Source: Eledone cirrhosa (taxonomy: Eukaryota). From it: a stretch of 64,000 bases of DNA. Shown here piece after piece: positions 13,641 to 25,172 of the stretch. The notes under the pieces are model-generated. The model saw only the letters and a program-made list of their open reading frames with translations, ran no database searches and was not told the DNA's origin. The translations under genes were made by a program, and so were the position numbers. The stretch spans positions 363,878,001-363,942,000 of the forward strand of contig OZ024743.1 of assembly GCA_964016885.1 (NCBI GenBank), given 5' to 3'. Each line of letters starts with the position of its first letter. The stretch's first letter is position 1.

Positions 13641-13944
13641 TGTTTGGATTGATTTATTTTTTTTTCATTATTAAATCTTTTTTTTTATTTTTTAAATAAG
13701 GGTTTTCCGTCTCTTGAGAGCTTGCATTTAGTTTTACTCACGGATTGTGGTGGAGTTTGAGAATATATTTCTGACATTATCCACAAATAGCTGCCAAGAC
13801 TTTTTGACGTTGGTGGGGCTGAGTGTGAAAGATCGTTTGTAACTGCATATCAGTTTTCATGTATGCATACATACATGCGTACATACATACATACATACAT
13901 ACATACATACATACATACATACATACATACATACATACATACAT

Positions 13945-14093
13945 GGTGGCTGCCAACTCGTTTTCGAGTACGGCCACTACTTTATATCCATGTAGGAGAA
14001 CCCCTACCGATGAGCTAAACGAGTGTGACTTTTTAGTCCAGCCAGCGACTTGAAAACTCTGGTACAAACACTACACTTGTGACAATTATTGAC
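13945..14093 (+). mobile_element. 150-bp non-coding unit between (TACA)n tracts (copy 1)
   Basis: Same as 44058-44206 except two visible substitutions; identical 5' and 3' boundaries. Confidence 0.8.
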
Positions 14094-14152
14094 ACATACA
14101 TACATACATACATACATACATACATACATACATACATACATACATACATACA

Positions 14153-14184
<32 letters not shown>

Positions 14185-14185
14185 C

Positions 14186-17100
14186 AGTCAACGCGATCAG
14201 TAGCATATTTTGGCGTGGGAGACTATTTATTAAATTTAAGATGAATACTATCTCCGACAGTACTGCCACAACTACAGTCATGTTGAATAACTGGTTATTC
14301 TTCTAACTATATCTTCTGAAGACACCTTTTATTCGAATTCATAGAGATATCCGACTAAATACATAATTCATTTTTACAAGGATTTGCTACAAACAGCATG
14401 GCTGAACACAACATCAACAACAAAATTAAGGAAGTATCGAAGACAAACAACAAGAAAGGTAAACAAACTTTATTCAGTTGTAGCTACAGGAGAAACCGAA
14501 ATTATAAATCGCATTTCTCTTGGGGTTGCGAACTTAATAATGATTTATTTAATTGTTATAGAATGGCAAAAAAACAACCCTCCATTGGCTATATGAATAG
14601 AATGAAGTTATACTGGGACGAAATGCACCCAGAGCTAAATTATTTCACAGCGAAACAATTACGCCAACAAGCGACGTTTATTGAACGTAAAAATAAGATA
14701 AATAGTATTAATTGTAAGTCCCCACAACAAACATGGGATCAACAACATGTGCTACAGATCGCCATGCTACTAGACTTCCTAGCAGCCAGGTCGAACAGCG
14801 CCTTGAAACAACTATGCCTGTAAGAAAATTGACACCACCTGTACCATCTAAGTCTACCTCGAATGTTGGGGAAAACACTATCGATAATAATAATAATCGA
14901 AGAAATAATAATAATATCGAAGATATTTGACACCACGTGTACCATCCGAGTCTACCTCGACTGTTGTGGAAAATACTATCGATAATGATAATAATCAAAA
15001 GTATAAACAATTGAAAATTTCCCTCATCCGAATCTTCCTGAGAGAAATTAATTCATGTATAAATATCTCTCTTGTTGAACGTATTGAAACGACAATGTTT
15101 AATAAAAAAACAAATAATGAAATATTACGTGTTATTGACCAAATAAGGGATGAATATTTACGACGGATAAAAACCCAACATTTTGGCAAATCAACGCCTG
15201 TTTATATTCCTTAGCAACGACAGTGAAGCATTATCTTGGTGATAGCAGAAATATTAACAAGAACAGAACAACACCAAAAATACCATCATATATAACTAAA
15301 ATAGAAAAAAAGATTGCTGACCTACGAAAAACCATAGGATACGCGACATTGCTACTTACATGCAAACAAACACAAAAAAACCTCACTCCTCACCAACAAA
15401 GAGTGAAAAATAAAATAGAGACGATGTTTGGTAATAGTAGAACCAGAACTCTTCAATATAAGCTGATCACCCTCAAACAAGAATTGAGAGCTGTTAGCGA
15501 AAAACGCCGATACCTGAAGAAGGTAGATGAGAGAAAAGTGCCTAATAAAAGATTCAGACGAAACCGAACATCAGTCTATAGAGATATGAAGAACAAAATA
15601 ATAAGTGTTACTGAGGCCCCATCCCAGAAAGACATAGATTCCTTTTGGAGCAAAATATGGGGTGAAAAGAAGAATTTCAACCCAGATGCAGTGTGGCTAA
15701 GAGAAATCCGAAAGAACTGTTGCAAAAACATACGAAATAAGTGAGGGTACCCTTGAGAATGTGATAGGAAAACTCCAATATAAGAAAACACCAGGAAGAG
15801 ACATGATTGTCGATTACTGGTACAAAAAAACCGATATTCTATCGGATGTATCTTACTCACCTCTACCAACAAGTTCTTAAGGGAGATACACTTATACCAG
15901 AATGGTTGACATTAGCACAAATATTACTGGTCCCCAAGAACAAAGACACCCACTTGGCAAAAAACTACCGACCCATTGCATGTCAGAACCTGATGTATAA
16001 GATGTATACAGCCTGTCTGAACCTATTCCTCCAAGATCACTGTCAAAATAATAACATCATCACAGATGAACAAGCAGCTGGAAAGAAAGGGGTTTGGGGA
16101 TGTGCTGAACAACTCCTAATCAACAGAACTGCGATGTTGGAGGTGCAACAACTTAGGAAGAATATGGCTACAGTCTGGCTGGACTACATGAAAGCTTTCG
16201 ATTTTGTTCCCCACTCTTGGATGATAGAGGCCCTCCAACTTGCTAAAGTCCCAGACATTATTGTCAGAGCCATAGAGAGGCTGTCTTATTCTTGGGCTAC
16301 TATCCTAAGGTTAAAAACAGAGAAGGAGGACTCTATTTTCACTGATAAAATAAAATATCGCAGGGGTATATTTCAGGAGGACAGTCTCTTTGTGATATTA
16401 TTCATCTTGTCATTAAACCCCTTCTGCTCAAGAAATGTGAGGGATACATCATGGCTCACAGGAGGACAGAAATACGGACCTAACCCATAATTTCTTTGTG
16501 GATGATCTGAAACTCTATGCCAAGAACATGGATGGGATGAAGAAAAATCTTGACTTGGTTACAACGTTCTCAAAGGATATAGGAATGGAGTTTGGCCAAG
16601 ATAAATGCTCATACATGACTGTAAAGCGGGGAAAAACAACCCAATCTATCAACATTGTCATCAATGGCCTAACGGTTTCACCAATATCTGATGAGGACTG
16701 CTACAGATACCTGGGGATAGATGACAACATATCCTATAATGGTATCTGTAATAAGGAACGCGTAACCAGGGAATACTACACCCTATTAAGAAAGATTTGG
16801 TCATCGGAAAACAAAACAGTGGCTCACAAGGTGTTTGCTGCGCCTGTCCTAACAACAACGTTTGGAATACTCAATTGGACGATAGACGAAATCCGAGCAG
16901 TTGAAGTTGGAACTCGAAAAATACTAAACAACACCGGAAACTTCCACATCAACAGTTACATAGACCGCCTTTTCTTGAAACGTAAGCAGAGAGCAGAGGC
17001 CTAACATCAGTCCAGACGGCATTTGAATGTCGCATCATATCTCTCCGGCAACATCTAAGAACCTGGAAGCGTAGGAGCCCGTCTCTCAAGAAAGTTTATC

Positions 17101-18274
17101 TGTATGAAACAGATAAGATCATGAGAGTTGGGAAGGAACTCCTCGAGAGATATTCCCTGTGTGATAATCAAAAACTTACACCCAGGGAAGTCGCTCAGCA
17201 GTATCGCAGTGAATCCATGGATGAAAAACTGCATGCGTATCAGCAAAAAATCATGCATGGATATGTTGCCAGGAAGCTCCAGAGTGAGAGTAATATAGGT
17301 AAGGAAAGTAGTCTATCTTGGACCAAAAACCGCTATATTGGCTCCCACTTTGATGGATACGCTTTTGCAATCCAAGAACAGGAGTTTAACACGAAATACC
17401 TGATTCACAAAAGAGATAGGGATGCAGGCAAAACACCTAGATGTGATAACAAGTGCAGACTCAGTAGAACTAACATCGAGGATATCACCCATGTCATGAG
17501 CAGCAGTCCAAATATGTCATCGCGGTACTATCTACCTATGAGGCATGATGTAGTGGCCAAAACACTGTACAATGCATTTCGTAAAAAAGATAGCTCCGAT
17601 AATAAACACATTAAAAGCTACAGCAATGTGGAAGACATCCATGTACATAATATGAAAGAGTACTGGTGGAATGTTCCCAATAAAATGCAGGCATAACAGA
17701 CCAGATATTATGATATGGGACAGGGAGAAGAAAGCATGCACAGTAGTGGAAATTAGCTGCCCAGCAGATGCCAATATAATATCAACGATTAGCAAAAAGG
17801 AGAATATTTATGCAGAACTGATGAGAAATCTGCAGATACTCCACCCTGATTACACCTTCAGATTTATGCCTGTGATTATTGGGGCACTGGGGTATGTTAG
17901 TAACTGCCTTAATACAAATCTTGAGAAGCTAGGCTTCACAGGAACAGAAAGAACACAACTAGTTAGGAAATTACAAGTACAATCCATTAATGGAACAGTA
18001 AAAATATGTAAAATATTCCAAACATTTTGCATCTAATAACTGCATATACACATGTACAGATACAAAGCATATGCACATGCACACATACAACTCAAAACAT
18101 ACACATCCACACATACAATAAGATCCATATCTACACATGCATGCATGCAGACATGCATACATAGCTACCTAGTTGATGTTGTGTACATTCCAATGAGAGA
18201 AACTTGTAACTATGTTAGAAACCGACTCTCTCTCTATTAGGAAAAATTTGTGAAATTATAAAACCAGAAGAAGA
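14186..18274 (+). mobile_element. R4/Dong-like family B, apparently full-length, frameshifted
   Basis: ORF pieces 14398-18036: N-terminal W..ELNNDLFNCY...GYMNRMKLYWDEMHP domain, RT (NYRPIAC, WLDYMKAFD, GIFQ, FFVDDLK), zinc knuckle region, RHD, RPDIMIWD..VEISCP; (TACA)n on both sides. Confidence 0.9.
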
Positions 18275-18367
18275 TACATACATACATACATACATACATA
18301 CATACATACATACATACATACATACATACATACATACATACATACATACATACATACATACATACAT

Positions 18368-18736
18368 GTGGAGATCAGCTGCCCACTTGATGTAAACGTT
18401 GTCAGAAAAATACAGGAGAAGGAGGACATCTACGGACCATTGATGAGGAGCTTACAAATCCAGTATCCAAGATACACCTTTAGCTTCATACCCATCAGTG
18501 CTACGGGCTATATACCAACCCGCTTGGACCAAAGTATGACCGAACTTGGATTTGCGGACAAAAAGCGCAGCTCCCTAATTCATAGTCTACAAATGGCTGC
18601 GATAGCTGGCACCTTCAAAATATGCAAAACATTCTTGCGATTCAAGGGATGACAATTTCTTTTCTTTTACAACCTTGCCACCAGGAAGGTGGCCGGTCAA
18701 AAAAAAATATACTCGAAATTAAGAGAAAGAGAAAAC
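18368..18736 (+). mobile_element. Family A 3' fragment between (TACA)n tracts
   Basis: VEISCPLD...KTFLRFKG plus the same 3'UTR as 13026-13110. Confidence 0.9.
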
Positions 18737-18795
18737 ATACATACATACATACATACATACATACATACATACATACATACATACATACATACATA

Positions 18796-18998
18796 ATGAT
18801 TGAACTTGGATTTGTGGACAAAGAGCGCAGCACCCTAATTCATAAATTCATAGACTACAAATGGCCACGATATCTGGCACCTTCAAAATTTGAAAAACAT
18901 TCTTGCGATTCAAGGGATGACAACTTTTCTTTTACAATCTTGACACTAGGAAGGTGACCGCTCAAAAATGTACTCGAAATTAAGAGAAAGAGAACAAT
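18796..18998 (+). mobile_element. Family A short 3' fragment (more diverged)
   Basis: TGAACTTGGATTTG...GATTCAAGGGATGAC...AATTAAGAGAAAGAGAA then TATACAT. Confidence 0.85.
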
Positions 18999-19004
18999 AT
19001 ACAT

Positions 19005-20622
19005 GTGGATTGCAGCGTCTTCACAGACGATTACCGTCTCTTACTGATTCTTTATTGTCAGCCCATCCGTGTCCATGACTTCGTAGATGACTTTGTAGAC
19101 CAGCTGAAGATCTGCATCGTTGACTCACAGGTGACGAAAAACAGATGTCCTTTTCACTGGACCGGTGGGGTGGGGGGTCACCCTGTGGGACACAATCTTT
19201 ATGCACCACCATGTGTTTTTCTTAGTCCGGAACTAGTTCTTCAAACTTTGTTGCATATCACGCACGTTGTTTCGCCATGTTGAGTGATGTTGTGGGTGGT
19301 TATCCTTTCATGTGACTTCAGCTGATTAACATAACCAGCCTTTGAAAGGAGTACACGCTGACAGAAATTGTATGTCCAACTACTGGTGACTTCATCAAGA
19401 CTGTGAGTACAGCCTTTCCGGGGCTGACACTTCAGTTGTTTATCTTCTAGACGACATTCTTCAAACGTTTTGCAACTGCCCTTTATGCGCTTTCTCCGCT
19501 CAGCCCTATTTAGGGCTATCTTCTCCCAGTTGTCTATATCAAATACCAGCTTTTTGAGGTTGTTCTTGATGCTGTCCTTATACCTCATTTTCAGTTTATG
19601 TTGAGGCCTTTTTCTAAGATGGAGCTCACCGTAAAACAGTTGCTTCGGGATCCTGCTTTCTTTCATGCGGACGATATGTCTGTCCACCGCATTTGAGAAG
19701 ATGTTACTCAAGACTCAATGCTTGGACATTCTGCTTTGATAAGAACATGTATGTCAGGAGTTCTGTCTTCCCATTTGATTTGAATATGCGCCTTAAACAG
19801 TTCTGCTGAAAGCGCTCAAGGAATTTGATGTGTCTGCCGAACAACATACATACATTGAGTATGCATCTTTATTGAGGAACCTGTAACTTCAATTCCCTCA
19901 TTCTCTCAAGATATATATATTTAAAAAGACGGCCATCTCATCAACGAATTTCCTGCTATTATGAACCACCACCAACTGCAGGCTGCTAGCCAGTTTGATG
20001 ACTGAACAGGCTTTGTTTAGGTCATTTTTCCTACACCCTTCCCATGTGGTATGTGTGAGCAGTGTGTCCCCATACCACATGGCTGCTCAGACGCTCAAGA
20101 CTCCGCCGAAGTATGATGCTGTTCAGGTTGAACAGTTCGACGACGTTAGGATAGACTCGAGCCGCCATATGTAGAGTTGTGACTATCTGCTTAGAACAAG
20201 TCGATTCTGCACACGTTGTCACTCATCCACCGCTATGGGACTTGTGAAGAAATATTTGCACATAAAGACGTCAATGCTACGTGTTTGTGCTGCACACATA
20301 GCACCCACTCCATCTCCGCAGCTATGTGTCCAGTGGCAAAGCAAGACAAAATAATAGGACAGTTACGAGAATCGCATGTGTTATTATCATGCAGTTTAAC
20401 CTCCCTAGGGGCTGTAGCCGTACTCACCACGCCTGGCCAATTGCAGGTTGGTGAAGCTATTCAACCCGTAGTTAGGGTGGATGGTCGTTGATTTGGTGGA
20501 GTTCATCCGCCCTTTAACAGCTCTTGTTTTTGTGCTGGTGGGTTTCCACTTACCCTCTCAGCAAACCCGGGTCTTGTGGGAGAGCCGGTTTAGTTACTGA
20601 CTACCCGACCATGAAACAGGCT

Positions 20623-20625
<3 letters not shown>
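19005..20625 (-). mobile_element. Internally deleted RTE element: 5'UTR (about 19900-20625) and ORF C-terminus (about 19005-19845)
   Basis: ORF 19241-19711 HIVRMKESRIPKQLFYGEL...RYKDSIK...WEKIALNR, followed by C2H2-like fingers; 5' motif CCTGTTTCATGGTCGGGT shared with 35.4 and 44.6 kb. Confidence 0.75.
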
Positions 20626-20653
<28 letters not shown>

Positions 20654-20655
<2 letters not shown>

Positions 20656-20818
20656 CCTCAACGGGATTTGAACTCAGAATGGCAAGGGCCGTAACTCTAT
20701 GCGTCAAAGCATGGCGTCCGACCCTCTACGGATACTGCCATAATAATAATAATAAATGTTACTACTTTTGGCACAAGGCCAGCAATTATCCAGTACATTA
20801 CTGGTACTTTATTTTATC
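20654..20818 (-). mobile_element. Two tRNA-SINE fragments
   Basis: GGGATTTGAACTCAGA (reverse B box) and TTTTGGCACAAGGCCAGCAATT...ACTGGTACTTT. Confidence 0.7.
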
Positions 20819-21440
20819 GCAGGATCTGTGGAGAGAGAGAGGAGACTGTGACTTACATTGTATCCGAGTGTAAACACCTAGCCCAGACTCACTATAAGGG
20901 CTGGAGACATGATGTGATGGGCAGGGTGATCCACTGGCACCTATGCAAAGTAAACAATTTACCACATTCTGAGAAGTGGTATGAGCATAAGCTAGAGTCG
21001 GTGATAGAAAATGATCAGGTGAAGGTGCTGTGGGATTTTAGGATACAGACGGACAAGAAACTGGAACACAATAGACCTGACCTGGTGGTTTTGGACAAAG
21101 AAAAAAGATCGTGCCTGATTGTGGATGTGGCCTGCCCATTCGACACGAGAAATTAACCGATACCAGGACTTAAAGTGGGAGGTAAAAAGGATTTGGAACT
21201 GCCATGAAGTCAAAGTGATCCCGATTGTCATAGGCGCACTAGGTACTATCTCAAAAAGTTTCCAGGGATGGTTAAAGAAAATTGGCCCCGCCCCGCTTTT
21301 TGGAACACTTCAAAAGGCATGCTTGCTGGGAACAGCAAGAACCCTCCGATACGTCCTGAATATCTGAGGCTGCAGGTAGTGGCTTGATATTCATTTCAAC
21401 AAACTTTCCAGTTAACTAACATCAATGACTGAGACACAAA

Positions 21441-21441
<1 letters not shown>
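20819..21441 (+). mobile_element. Classical Dong-type (R4 clade) 3' fragment ending in (TAA)n (family C)
   Basis: ETVTYIVSECKHLAQ..RHD..KWYEH..LWDFRIQTD..NRPDLVV..VDVACP..IPIVIGALG..QKACLLGTARTLR; (TAA)n at 21442-21501. Confidence 0.9.
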
Positions 21442-21503
<62 letters not shown>

Positions 21504-21752
21504 TTTCTTTATTAACCACAAGGGTTTACATAAAGTAGACATTAAGGACAGTGCAGGACAATACAGGACGGTGCAAATGGGCATTTCTGCGTGTAAAAAA
21601 CAAAAACAGAGGATGTAACAAAAAAATAACAATGAAAAATTCCCCAATAGGGGGGAGACTTCCGAGGGACATTTGTGGAGAAAGCCCAGTTAAAGGCCAC
21701 AGTGACCCTGACCACCAAGGCAAGTGCCCTCTCCCAGTTTTCCACCTTTAAT

Positions 21753-24700
21753 TTACAGATACGTACTCAGAGTAGGCCCATTCACTCGAGCCATTCTTGC
21801 TTCTCTCACCTATCTTTCAACAAAATGCTGGGAAGAGAGCACTTCCCTCTCTACCCTGATTTTCCTTTTCAAATGAAATTTGAAAAAGTTAATCAGGGCA
21901 TCACCGAAGAGGTAAGTGCTCGTCTTCAGCCCTTTCAAACGTGTCCACCATACTATCTCTTTCGCCATGGCCACCAGACAGATAAAAACTGCCTGCCCTT
22001 CCCGGCTAAAGGAAGAGGGCGGGGCAATCCTCACAATGGACTCAGATGATAGCCGGATCCGACCTACACGCGACAGCAGGTGTTCGACATAAACCCACAA
22101 GTCAGCAATTTTCGGACACTGGACGAGTGCGTGCAGGACGGTTTCGTCGCCCTGCGCGTATCTCGGACATGCCCGGCTGACGGCACCTCCATGCCTGTAG
22201 AGTTTATCCCGAACTGGCAAGGCTCCTCGGTAGCACTGCCAGGCCAGAGATTTCTGGAAGTTGTCCATAGGTCCCGGCCCGAAAGTTCTTCCGAAGAGAT
22301 TGGCTAGTTGATTTTCGTCGACGCCTAGAGTTTCCACAACGTCGTCGCTCTTCACCTCCACTAATCCTCTATAGAACGCCGAGGTGGAGTTTCCACTGAT
22401 CACATTGCCCGATTGGTCGAGGGCTGTGAGCGCCTGAAGACATTCCAGTCTCCAGGCGCTCCCTCTCGGTCTTCGCTTGACCCAGGACTGCAGCTCCGTC
22501 AAGGAAACGAGCTGGGGAAAAAACGTGTCTAGCAAACGGCATCCACACCTGATCACCGTCGAGGAAGAGGTGGAGATGTCGTAGCCTGAGCGCGTGTCTG
22601 CGTATCATCAGCCACGGCATGCCCAGCCCTCCACGTAGCGGGTGTTGACAGCAGATGGACCGCCTGACCATCGGAGCGCGTCCCTTCCACAAAAAGCGAA
22701 AGAGCAAACGCTCCAGCGCAGTCAGGCGGGGCTTAGGACAAGGTACGACGGTTAGGCGGTAGCAGATGACAGACGCGATGTACGCGTTATCCACCTCCAC
22801 TCGACCTTTCAGGGATATCTTCCGCTCCGCCCATTTCTGGGTGAGAGAAGCCACCCTGCTCGTCACCTCGTCCCAGTTTTTGTCCGTCTGGAGGTCCGGA
22901 CCGAACCAGACCCCTAGCAACCGTCCGACGACGCTGTTGGACGGCATGGACCTGCCTCTCCTGGTGCCGAGCTGCAGGCCTACTGACTTTTCCTGGTTGA
23001 TCATTGCTCCTGTCACCGCTTCGTATTCTCTTAGTGTAGTGCCGATCGCCTCGATGTGTTTGGCGTTCGACACCACTACGGTGACATCGTCCGCATATGC
23101 TGACACGGATCTTCCGCATCCTAGTTCGCGCGGGACGCCCCTCAACGTCTCCAGTTTGTGCAGTAATGGCTCGAGAGTCAATACGTACAAGAGGGACGAG
23201 AGTGGACATCCTTGGCGGACCGAGCGCATGATGTTGAACGGTTCCGAAAGGTGACCGTTCACTCTCACCACAGAGCAGATGTCGCTGTGCATGGCAGCGA
23301 TCCAGCCTCTGAAGACGGGCCCAAAGCAAGCCGCCCTCAGGACTGCCGCTAGGTAACGATGGTCGACCCTATCGAAAGCTTTCGACTGATCTAAATTGAT
23401 CAAGGACCCACCCGTGCCAGGTTCCATAGCTACCCTCTCTACGATGTATCGCATGAGGTGGAGGTTGTCGTGGATGGAACTGTCGGGAATGGCGCATGTC
23501 TGCGCTTCTCCCACCAGACCACCAACGACAAGCGCCAACCTCTTTGCTAGCACCTTGGCCAAAATCTTGAACTCTGTGTTTAGCAGAGTTATGGGCCTGA
23601 AATTATCTATGTTATCTCCCTTGTTCGGATCCTTTCTCAGCAGTGCCACCGCTCCTCGGCTCACAGAGCTGGGAATTCTCCCGTTCTGTTGCCAGTTGCA
23701 GTAGACGTCCGCCAAGAGGCCTCCGAACAAGTCTGGCAACTGTACGTAAAGTTCATAGGGCAGACCATCCAAATCATGCGATTTACCCCTTGTGCAGCCA
23801 GTCATTGCCTCCCGTACTTCAGCGGCTGTTATCGGCTTTTCGCAACACTCCGCCTCAGTGACCAAGAGCCGCGGCAGTCCGTCGAGGTAGACACTAAAGT
23901 CCATCCCTCGACCCGGCCCACCGCTGCCCCCGAACAGCTGAGCGAAGTGTCGCTGAAAAGCTTCACACATTTGCCCGGGATCGAGTAGCATGCGCCCGTC
24001 GTGGTCCACCAAAGACCGGATCGTGGCTTTGTCTCCACGACGCGCCTCTGCTACTCGGGCCCATTGAACGGCTTTCGTCCCCTCGTGTCTGAGAGCACGC
24101 ACCCTAGCTCTGACAACGCAGCCTTCGTTCTTTGCATTGAAGAATTGGTCAAGGGCCAATTTCGCCGCAAGCACGTCGGTCGCGATGCCTTTGCTAAGCG
24201 CCTCATCTAATTTTCTAACTAGTTCTCCCTCTGCTCTATTTTTCTCTATTGCTAAAGCCTTACTAAACCTAATGGATTCTATTCTAATCGCTCTTTTCAG
24301 AGCAAACCACCACTTGTTGTTGACGATGGCCCCCGTCAACTCCCGCTTAACCAGTTCGCTAATCCGGTCTCTGTAGGCCTTGCGCGCTGGTAAGGACGCG
24401 TTTGGCTTCCAGTAGCCGGGTCCTCGTCTATGAAGCCTATCTAAGTCAAGCACACAGATCACGAATTTGTGGTCCGTGTAGCTGACAATCTTGAATTGTG
24501 GACAGCTTATGCTAGACCTATCTATTTCCCTACAAAATACTCTATCTAGATATGATCTGGATGGCCCTATGCGATTTTTCCAAGTCCACATTGGCACATT
24601 CGGGAAATTCAAAACGCCTGAGCAGGTTGGTGAGGCTCTTGCACCCCCCCCCCCCCCCTATCCGCTAATCTCACACAGTCCCAGCGTGCATCTAAGATCC

Positions 24701-25137
24701 CGTTCCAGTCGCCCACTAACACTAAAGAGCGGGACGTTCCAAGAAAGGTCTCCAGACGCCGGAAGAAATCAGGCCGCCCTGCTCCTGTCGGGGCATAGAC
24801 GGCCACTAGCCTGAAAGCTTGCCCGTCTCCGCTGGTCACGTCCAGCACCACCAACTTACCCTCTGGGTCCAGGAAGATGGCCCGTATGGCGAGATCCAAA
24901 CCTCTCCGAAAAAGCACAGCAACTCCCCCCCCCCCCCACCGATCCAGGACGGCTGGGAGATGCGTACACATCGTAGCGGCCGAAGATCGATGCGAAGGCC
25001 CGTGCTTCGGAGATTCTGGTCTCGCTGATGGCCACTACATCTATGTTTAGTGATCTGAGGTCGTTGAGCAGGTGACCCTGCTTCCATAACGACCCCAAGC
25101 CACGCGCATTTATGCTGCCTATTCTGAGTGAGGTCAT
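21753..25137 (-). pseudogene. Tx1 ORF2 (AP endonuclease, reverse transcriptase, C-terminal zinc finger), disrupted
   Basis: SINARGL, ISET, GDWN, LDR, TDH; FRPITLLN, DQSKAFDRV, RQGCPLS, YADD; frameshifts at G runs and small deletions relative to copy 2. Confidence 0.9.
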
Positions 25138-25172
25138 GTTTAAAATAGAGTGGAAAAGATGGGAAAGACCAC

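Noticed and set aside
11918-19004. CRISPR-like repeat-spacer appearance of TACA tracts
   Set aside because: Repeats are variable-length microsatellites and the spacers are retrotransposon copies; no cas genes; eukaryotic context
22766-24814. Antisense and alternative-frame ORFs overlapping Tx1 ORF2 in both copies
   Set aside because: Shadows of a GC-rich coding sequence; their repetition only reflects copy identity
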